Positions 9,089 through 16,286 of a stretch of DNA of 32,000 nt are shown piece after piece. The notes under the pieces are model-generated. The model made no database searches and was not told the origin of the DNA. It worked only from the letters and a program-made list of their open reading frames with translations. This DNA comes from Candidatus Kuenenia stuttgartensis (GTDB taxonomy: Bacteria > Planctomycetota > Brocadiia > Brocadiales > Brocadiaceae). The DNA is taken from NCBI RefSeq assembly GCF_900232105.1, contig NZ_LT934425.1, positions 4,374,154-4,406,153 of the forward strand, in the 5' to 3' direction. The position numbers and the translations under genes are program-made. Each line of letters begins with the position of its first letter. Position 1 is the first letter of the stretch.

Positions 9089-10057
9089 CTAACTCCACCA
9101 AATCAAATCAGATGTTGAGTATTCTGCCCCCATTTCTTTACTTGGTGTATATGCCTGTAGGCACTCAAGTAGAGACTTTGAAACACCATTGCCATATGGG
9201 TTTGATATAAAAACTTTGGGAGGATATTCACCGTCCCGTCCATAATCTAAAGGTCTGTCACCTGCAGCCCTCATTAATTGGTGCAAATGTCTAATTAACA
9301 CAACCCCATCTACATTTGGAAATGTATTTTTATCTGGGTCAAAGGAGTTTGGAGTAAAAAGACCACTCTTCTCGTGGAGTAAAGCAGAAATGGGTTCGTA
9401 AATAAAATCATCCCAGACAACGACAAGGACTCCACTGAACTCAGGATTTTCTTCTTTGAAAGGCCTAAACTTACTCTCTGCACTTATAAGAAAATCCTTC
9501 AAAGGATTATCGCGAGGGTAAGTAATTCCTTTTTCGGCATCTGGTAACTGCTCAATTTCATCATTTGTGAAATTTCGAGCAGAGAGCTGGGTCGGGTTGC
9601 TTTGTAGAATTTTGATATGCGAAAGCAAGGACGGTGCTTTAACTTCAATACCAAATGTTTTGCTTCCTCCTTCAATGTTCAACTCTGGTTTTTTTTTACT
9701 TGTTTGGGTTGTTGGTTCCCACTGAAAAATTGCTTCAAACGGCCACTCGTATGTTAATAATTTATGGATAACATGAAGTTCTGAAATTCTTTGTAATAAC
9801 TGTTCGTAGTGTGACTCATATTTTTCTCGCCCAGAAATGGATGCTATTGCATCAATAAATCCCTTAGCAAAACCGGGTAGTTTTTTATTACAGTCTATAC
9901 ATGCATTGACAATTGATTGTGCAAATGGATGATCAGAACCCCTACGGCGATAATCAAAATGATATGCGTAGTAGTGCCAATTCGAAAAAATTTTTGATTC
10001 GAATATGTGTTGATACAAATCATCTTCGGTAAGGGTGTCTTTCATTGTTTGGTCCAT
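9089..10057 (-). CDS. Hypothetical protein, 322 aa (cassette cargo); possible PD-(D/E)xK-like motif
   Basis: Clean ORF. KPELNIEGGSKTFGIEVKAP has the spacing of a PE...ExK nuclease core. This is inference only. Confidence 0.6.
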   Translation of the reverse strand: MDQTMKDTLTEDDLYQHIFESKIFSNWHYYAYHFDYRRRGSDHPFAQSIVNACIDCNKKLPGFAKGFIDAIASISGREKYESHYEQLLQRISELHVIHKLLTYEWPFEAIFQWEPTTQTSKKKPELNIEGGSKTFGIEVKAPSLLSHIKILQSNPTQLSARNFTNDEIEQLPDAEKGITYPRDNPLKDFLISAESKFRPFKEENPEFSGVLVVVWDDFIYEPISALLHEKSGLFTPNSFDPDKNTFPNVDGVVLIRHLHQLMRAAGDRPLDYGRDGEYPPKVFISNPYGNGVSKSLLECLQAYTPSKEMGAEYSTSDLIWWS

Positions 10058-10203
10058 TTATTTGTATTTAAAACGCCCAACCATTGATTATCACAATCAA
10101 TTGCCCTGATAACTTGATAAAAGTACTATTATCAGGTAAAATTATTATGTAAAAAATTACCTTATAATTTTACTTCATAGACAATATAGCTTAGGAGAAA
10201 AAG

Positions 10204-10566
10204 ATGTCAATCAAAAAAGAGAAAAGGTTGCTCGATGAAGTGAAAGATATAATGAGGCTTAAGCATTATTCCATCCATACAGAACGATCATACTGTGATT
10301 GGATTAAACGATATATTCAAAATACCACCGAATGACCAGTAGAGAGGATTTAAAGGACAGTGAAGAAAAAATAGAGCAATTTTTGATCCACCTTGCCGTG
10401 AAATCTGGCGTTGCCCCTTCTACCCAGAACCAGGCTATGAACGCACTTGTATTTTTGTACAAGAAAGTTTTAAAAGTATCATTAAAAGAAGAGATTAATG
10501 CTATACGTGCACAGAAGAAGATGAATATTCCAGTAGTCAAACCGATGGAGTCAAACCTTATCTATT
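10204..10566 (+). pseudogene. IntI-type (integron integrase-like) tyrosine recombinase, N-terminal fragment #1
   Basis: MSIKKEKRLLDEVKDIMRLKHYSIHTERSYCDWIKRYI, then a frameshift near 10315, then EKIEQFLIHLAVKSGVAPSTQNQAMNALVFLYKKVL...IPVV. The catalytic domain is absent. It is cut at the left inverted repeat of the 10547..10809 element. Confidence 0.75.
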
Positions 10567-10809
10567 GACAAAAGAGTCGATAGCATAATCGCTCCGGATA
10601 GCTCTGTGAGGGACGATAGAAGGCAATTCTTGTTGAAAAGGATTCCTGTCTTTTAGGGCTTTCGCGTTATATCCACTTAAACCCTGTTAAGATTACTATG
10701 AAAAAGTGTTAAGGAATGTCAAGCCTGACAAAACAGAGCCATCAAAATCTTAAATGTATGATCGTTTTGGTGGAAAACACTTTATTGTCAATAGGTTAGG
10801 TTTGACCCC
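10547..10809. mobile_element. 263-bp element bounded by 25-bp inverted repeats (MITE-like, or an oversized attC)
   Basis: ggagtcaaaccttatctattgacaa (10547..10571) matches the reverse complement of 10785..10809 in 22/25 positions. No coding capacity. I did not recognise a target duplication. Confidence 0.5.
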
Positions 10810-10835
10810 GCGAATTCCTCAGACCACCGCAATGT

Positions 10836-11141
10836 TCACATTGCAGAAGTGTAAACATGCACCTCTTCATCAAGGCGATTCTTTAATCTATCTTTTTCTA
10901 TTTCAAGATCATATCTTGCTTGAAGATTTATCCAAAACCTTTCTGAAAGACCAAAAAACCTTGATAGTCTTAAAGCTGTATCTGGAGTTACAGAACGTTT
11001 GCCCTGAACAATCTCATTTATTCTGCGTGCAGGTACATTAATATCTTTAGCCAGCCGGTACTGACTAATACCCATGGGTTTGAGAAATTCTTCCATCAGA
11101 ATTTCACCTGGATGAATTGGATCTAATATCTTTTTTGCCAT
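10836..11141 (-). CDS. higA: HigA-family antitoxin (XRE HTH)
   Basis: IHPGEILMEEFLKPMGISQYRLAKDINVPARRINEIVQGKRSVTPDTALRLSRFFG is a typical HigA/VapI HTH. Confidence 0.9.
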   Translation of the reverse strand: MAKKILDPIHPGEILMEEFLKPMGISQYRLAKDINVPARRINEIVQGKRSVTPDTALRLSRFFGLSERFWINLQARYDLEIEKDRLKNRLDEEVHVYTSAM

Positions 11142-11150
11142 CGTTACCTC

Positions 11151-11432
11151 CTAATGATAATCTACTATTTCAACGTTGTAAGCATCTCCTCCACGCCATT
11201 CAAAACATATACGCCATTGATCATTAATACGGATACTATATTGCCCATTCCTATCTTTCGATAGTTTTTCAAGATGATTATTCGGTGGTATACGTAAATC
11301 CATCAGGATTTCAGCACCTTCAAGTATTTCAAGTTTTCTTCGGGCAGTTTTTTGTATATCCCGTGGAAGTTTGAGTGATATTCGACGATTGAATATTTTC
11401 TCTGTTTCTTTGCAAGCAAAGTTTTTTATCAT
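11151..11432 (-). CDS. higB: HigB-family toxin (RelE/ParE superfamily, plasmid-maintenance killer)
   Basis: 93 aa. [26 protein letters not shown] is typical of HigB. Lies upstream of higA. Confidence 0.9.
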   Translation of the reverse strand: MIKNFACKETEKIFNRRISLKLPRDIQKTARRKLEILEGAEILMDLRIPPNNHLEKLSKDRNGQYSIRINDQWRICFEWRGGDAYNVEIVDYH

Positions 11433-11439
11433 TTATAAG

Positions 11440-11468
11440 ATAGTATTGCATCTCGTTAATAATGTCAA
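11440..11468 (-). promoter_or_regulatory. Sigma-70-type promoter internal to the higBA cassette
   Basis: On the minus strand: TTGACA, 17 nt, TACTAT. The -10 box ends 7 nt before the higB ATG, which implies a leaderless or near-leaderless mRNA. Confidence 0.5.
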
Positions 11469-11488
11469 ACGTTATTATCACTTCTTTA

Positions 11489-11547
11489 ACATAACGGGAA
11501 GTTCGGCGGCGCGGGTCAACGCGTCCGCGGTAACGCTTGGTTATAAC
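11489..11547 (-). other. attC-like recombination site D (59 bp)
   Basis: On the minus strand: GTTATAAC, bulged GC-rich stem caagcgttaccgcggacgcg / cgcgccgccgaacttccc, then GTTATGT. It starts directly after the stop of 11549..12370. Confidence 0.6.
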
Positions 11548-11548
11548 T

Positions 11549-12370
11549 TTAATATCTCATTTTTAAATATTCAGTTACTTGAAATTTCTTCATATATGGT
11601 TTTGACCTTATGTCATTCATTAATTCCCAATAACAATGTTTAGCAAAATCACCCTTTATTTCGTCTGGATATGTGTAGTGATACCTTTTAATATCTTTGC
11701 TTGGTTCATAAACTATGGGGCGGTGGAATTCTGGTTGAAGATACTCATAGATACCCCACCTTATATTATTGAGAAACTCAGCTATCGCACTGCTATGATA
11801 AGAAAAGATATCATCATGAAACCATTGATAAAATTCTTCAATAATAACCAGCGCGTTATCATCGCTTAAAGTAATTCCGTTTCTATTGAATATTGTTTGT
11901 AACTCTTTTACTACCCCCGAAAGGCGGCTGAAATTATGTTTTGAGATATTTCCACAAATTTTAATAAACTCGACTCTTTTTATAGATAAATTGGTTTCTA
12001 ATTCTATTGAAGGGAGCCATATTTTTTCCACAACAACTTCTATTGAAAGCCATTGCCTAAAATCGCTGACACAATTTTTAAGGTTTTCGATTGAGTTGTT
12101 TTGTTCAAATTTGGGTGAATCACAAACTGATTGGAGAGCACTAAGATAAGTTGATTGTTCACCTAATACCTTTTTATCAGAACACGAGAGGAAATCGACA
12201 AGAATGATATTGAAAAATTTTTTATGGGTCCTTGACGAAAATTGAAATTGAGAATAAGGATCATTTCCTATCACGTTCCCTATTTCAAAATTAACCATTT
12301 CATCAATAAGCTCTTTGACAGCCTTAATAATAATCACTTCGCGTTCAGTATCGGTAAATTTCATTTCCAT
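11549..12370 (-). CDS. Hypothetical protein, 273 aa (first cassette of the right-hand sub-array)
   Basis: Clean ORF flanked on both sides by GTTATAAC. I recognised no family. Confidence 0.65.
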   Translation of the reverse strand: MEMKFTDTEREVIIIKAVKELIDEMVNFEIGNVIGNDPYSQFQFSSRTHKKFFNIILVDFLSCSDKKVLGEQSTYLSALQSVCDSPKFEQNNSIENLKNCVSDFRQWLSIEVVVEKIWLPSIELETNLSIKRVEFIKICGNISKHNFSRLSGVVKELQTIFNRNGITLSDDNALVIIEEFYQWFHDDIFSYHSSAIAEFLNNIRWGIYEYLQPEFHRPIVYEPSKDIKRYHYTYPDEIKGDFAKHCYWELMNDIRSKPYMKKFQVTEYLKMRY

Positions 12371-12384
12371 ATGTTATAACATGA

Positions 12385-12434
12385 ATTAGCCGTACTAATA
12401 GCCGTCTTATAAGACGGCTATTAGTACGGCTAAT
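12385..12434. repeat. Perfect 50-bp palindrome built from ACGGCTAWT 9-mers (attI-like region)
   Basis: attagccgtactaatagccgtctta|taagacggctattagtacggctaat. A further direct copy of acggctatt lies at 12457..12465. The palindrome starts 4 nt after the GTTATAAC box at 12373..12380. Confidence 0.8.
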
Positions 12435-12575
12435 ATTTTCACCGGTGACTTATTATACGGCTATTCGGGCATATAATAACGTTCACGAATATTTTGCCGG
12501 TAATATATCTTAAATTATCTAAATACTGCAATATTTTTTTTCAAAGTAAAAATTACCTCTAAGTCTAAACCTACA

Positions 12576-12830
12576 TTACTTGATGAGGTGCATGATGCAA
12601 ACCGGGTAAAGCGCTATAGCATGGGAACAGAAAAGAGGTGTGTTAACGGGATTAAACGCTTTATCATTTTTCATGGAAAGCGGCATCCGTTACACATAGG
12701 AGAACATGGAGTCAGTAGATTTCTTTCTCGTCTTGCAATTAAGAAACAAGTGTCTGCTTTCACACAGAATCAGGCATGAAGCGTCATTGTATTTCTTTAT
12801 CAGGAAGCGCTTAAACAAGAACGCGGATAA
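12576..12830 (+). pseudogene. IntI-type tyrosine recombinase, N-terminal fragment #2
   Basis: LLDEVHDANRVKRYSMGTEKRCVNGIKRFIIFHGKRHPLHIGEHGVSRFLSRLAIKKQVSAFTQNQA, then an in-frame TGA, then SVIVFLYQEALKQE. It has no recognisable start codon and no catalytic domain. Confidence 0.75.
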
Positions 12831-13051
12831 GCTCTATTGTCTTGATACCGCTTCTGCAACATAGAGTTTTCTTGATATGATAACCTAAAAATAAGTCTCT
12901 TTTGTAGTACGAGTCAGGGAGAATGACTCCTTTGAGATAATCAAAAGAACATACACTAAGGATCTAAAACATCAACAGTGGTTTATGGAATTATATAACC
13001 ATTACCCTCTCGGGGGAGAGATACGTTTTCATTTTTCAACACAACTTCACA

Positions 13052-13219
13052 CTATTTATCCCTCCCACTTTTTTCTGATACCACAAAAGGAGGCATTGGA
13101 ATGTTTTTGATAACATCCGGCGATTCCCAATCATGTAACAAACTATCAAACATACACCTATTCTCGCCTCGAACATAATAAACACCTGGCGGCAAATAGC
13201 ACCCTTTATCCATACACAT
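13052..13219 (-). CDS. Small hypothetical protein, 55 aa
   Basis: GGAGG sits 6 nt upstream of the ATG at 13219. Translation: MCMDKGCYLPPGVYYVRGENRCMFDSLLHDWESPDVIKNIPMPPFVVSEKSGRDK. The longer ORF-track version has no RBS. Confidence 0.4.
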   Translation of the reverse strand: MCMDKGCYLPPGVYYVRGENRCMFDSLLHDWESPDVIKNIPMPPFVVSEKSGRDK

Positions 13220-13596
13220 CAGGTGCCTCCTTTCCGGAAAAAAGTGGTAAAAAGTAATGTGTTTCAATACCGGGCAAAAAACGCGCAGACGCGGGTACAC
13301 TGGTACAGAACAAGAAATGTTACGCTGTCTGCGCAAAAAAAGTCGGTAAAAGTTTGCCAGTGTACCTGGGTATCTTCTCTAAGAAACAATTCGATAAAGT
13401 AATTTGTTCTAATTCATAAAATTTTTTTAGAATTAACGAAAGCTAAATTTCCATCGCCATTCATTGTGAACAATTATAAGAATTCTCACGCCACCTTCTG
13501 TTATCCTATTTTTCTTTTTCTGACAATACTAATTCAAAAACAATGTAATGCAAGATGAATAGTTGTCAAAATTCAAGTTTTTTTAACACGATACCT

Positions 13597-14178
13597 TTAG
13601 AAATTTATTTTGGTTTTGGAAACCAGAATTAAAATGGACATGCCATAAGCGCACAAATTAATGGCCAAGACCAAGGCCATGTAAAGCATTCCTGCCAGCG
13701 GGAAAAAAACAAAAACTAAAACACCCATGATCAGAGTAACAATCCCGGCGATCAGCATCCAACCCCAGCGTGGAGAAGGGCGGAATGCAAAGGCCATAAC
13801 GATTTCAAGCGAACCTTCCAAAAGGAGAAATACACCGATCAGGATACTGAGTCCCATAAGCCCTGCGGCAGGAAAAAGCAGCATTATTCCTCCCGCGATG
13901 ACAGAGAGGATACCGGATAACAGCAATAGCCAACGCTCACGCCGTTTAAAAAACGCAAAGACCTGAAAACCACCGCTCAACACCAACAAAATACCGACCA
14001 GAATATTGATGCCAAGCGCTGTCGCAAAAGGCAAAAACGCCGCTAATAATCCGGAGAGTAAAAAAACAATGCCTTCAAAGATATACCAACCCCGCTGTTT
14101 TGAGATTTCTTCCTTACGCCTTTGTTTCAAGGCTCCAAGGTCAATTTCTTCTTGTTTAAATTCGTAGAATACAAACAT
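13597..14178 (-). CDS. hdeD: HdeD/DUF308-family membrane protein
   Basis: Six glycine-rich TM helices (GILLVLSGGFQVFAFF, LLLEGSLEIVMAFAF). ATG at 14178 preceded by AAGGAG. The ORF-track extension to 14328 overlaps the end of the clp gene. Confidence 0.75.
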   Translation of the reverse strand: MFVFYEFKQEEIDLGALKQRRKEEISKQRGWYIFEGIVFLLSGLLAAFLPFATALGINILVGILLVLSGGFQVFAFFKRRERWLLLLSGILSVIAGGIMLLFPAAGLMGLSILIGVFLLLEGSLEIVMAFAFRPSPRWGWMLIAGIVTLIMGVLVFVFFPLAGMLYMALVLAINLCAYGMSILILVSKTKINF

Positions 14179-14206
14179 GTTTATCTCCTTTCTGTATTGA
14201 TAGAGG

Positions 14207-15961
14207 TTATCTCCTGAAACGGATTTCTTTTTCCCCTTGGATTTCTTCGCTGTTTTCTTGCCGGGTTTGCTTTTTTTCCATGACAACCTCTTTCTTTTTC
14301 TTGTCATAGGAGATAACAACGAAATCACCGGGCTTAAAACTTTGCCCCAGCATCTTTTCCGCCAGACCTGCTTCGACTTCTGAGCAAATGTAGCGCTTCA
14401 GCTCACGCGCACCAAATTCAGGTTTAAATCCGATATCAGACAGATAATCGATCAGGCTATCATTAAAGTCCAGCGTGATCTCCTGAGCATGGGCAAGGCG
14501 TTTAACCCGTTCCATCTGCAGGGCTATAATATCTCGAATCTGCTCTTTGCAGAGAGAGTGGAAGACAATGATCTCATCAATCCGGTTGAGAAATTCCGGA
14601 CGGAACCGATGTAGCAGCTCATCCATCAATCTTGATTTCAGATCATCATAGGAAAGCTGCTCCTTTTCTTCTTTTCGGGAATTTTCCTGAATGAGATGAG
14701 AACCGATATTACTTGTGGCGATAATAATCGTATTGGAAAAATCAACCATGCGTCCTTTTCCATCCGTTAAACGTCCGTCATCAAAGACCTGCAACAGGAT
14801 GTTGCAAACATCAGGGTGCGCTTTTTCAATCTCATCCAATAGCACTACAAAATAAGGGCGTCTGCGCACACGCTCGGTGAGTTGTCCCCCCTTCTTCATA
14901 ACCAACATAGCCTGGAGGGGAACCTATCATACGCGCCACGGCATGTTTTTCCATGTATTCAGACATATCAATACGCACCATGGCATCTTCATCGCCGAAT
15001 ACCATTTCAGCCAATGCCTTGGCAAGCTCAGTCTTACCGACACCCGTCGGACCCAAAAACAAGAAGCTGGCAATTGGTTTACTGACTTCACATAAATCGG
15101 CGCGAGACAGGCGCACGGCAAGGCTCACAGCTTTGACAGCCTCTTCCTGGCCGATGACACGCTCATGGAGTTTTTCTTCCATTCTCAGGAGTTTTTCCCG
15201 TTCTTCTGCCGTGAGATCACTGACCGGGATACCGGTCAAAGAGGATACGATTTCAGCAATATTCTGCATTGTAACAACCGGCGTTTCGCTGCTGCGGTTT
15301 GCTTGACATTCCTTATCCTGTTCATCGACATGCTTTTTTTTGACTTCAATATTGGCATGTATTCTTTGGCCTTCTCATAATCCTTTCGTGTATTTGCGGA
15401 CTTTTCCTCTCGTTCCAGGGCCTTGACTTCATTTTGCATCTTCAGAATTTCTGATGGGCGAGAAGTTGCGCGAATACGCACACAGGAAGCGGCCTGATCA
15501 AAAGGTCTATCGCCTTATCCGGCAGATAGCGATTTGTCACGTAACAATCGGACAATTCAGCCGCCGCTGCAATCGCCTCATCTGAAAGACTGACCTTCTC
15601 ATGCGCTTTTTCGCGCAGCTTTTTGCAAAATATCCTTGGCATCGTCACTCAGGTAATTGTCCAGGTCTACAGACTCGCGGTCACCAAGATTTTGGTGTGC
15701 ACGGTGGGAGATATCCGATGGCTCATGACCAATAACACTGTCGAAAGGATCTCGGCCACCAAAAAAAGTATCAAAAAGTGAACCGCCAAACATGGATTCA
15801 AGTGGTGAACGGAAACCACAGCCGCTGCGGCCACCCGCTCGATGCAGCAATTTCTGATAATGGTCATCGCAGAGCTCTCTGGTTTTACGAAGGCCGTTTT
15901 CAATAACTTTTGCACGATAGGCGGCTGGTGCACTGCAAACATCAAATCTTCCGTTGCCCAT
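14207..15961 (-). pseudogene. ClpK/ClpG-like AAA+ disaggregase remnant (internal deletion of N2/NBD1, at least 4 frameshifts)
   Basis: Five ORF pieces in different frames. They cover the N-terminal part (CSAPAAYRAKV...LCDDHY...SPLESMFGG), the D1-small domain ([36 protein letters not shown]), a linker, and NBD2 ([33 protein letters not shown]). Frame changes fall at 14886-14891 (C6), 15334-15341 (T8), about 15500 (A4) and 15607-15611 (T5). Confidence 0.7.
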
Positions 15962-16155
15962 AATATTAATCCTTTCTTTGTGTAGTATTAGAATTATCGG
16001 TCGAGTAGACGGCTTGAGTACGCCAGCCGTCTACTCGATCGAATTATCACATGTGCCGTTTACTCTTCTAACATATGTGGAATAATTTATTTGTCTTTTT
16101 GCCTTCTTTTGAAATATAAATATTTAACAAGCGATCATGTTTTTCAACCTTTATC

Positions 16156-16286
16156 TTAATCGGGATCGACATGTTCAGGTAATCTCATTGTACTTGTAAA
16201 AAACTGTGTAGCATCTTTAAACATACTATCAAGCGAACGCCGGTGCAAGTAAGGCATGTGCCCACCATGATATACTTTGAATTATA
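16156..16286 (-). pseudogene. 3' remnant of the S10 serine carboxypeptidase gene, separated by the IS
   Basis: The minus strand reads FKVYHGGHMPYLHRRSLDSMFKDATQFFTSTMRLPEHVDPD*. This supplies the catalytic-His motif (GGHM) missing from 17856..19388. Confidence 0.7.

Noticed and set aside
12385-12434. CIRCE (HrcA operator) interpretation of the TTAGCC... palindromes near the heat-shock genes.
   Set aside because: The sequence does not match TTAGCACTC-N9-GAGTGCTAA. The 50-bp palindrome lies upstream of a cassette ORF, not of a chaperone gene.
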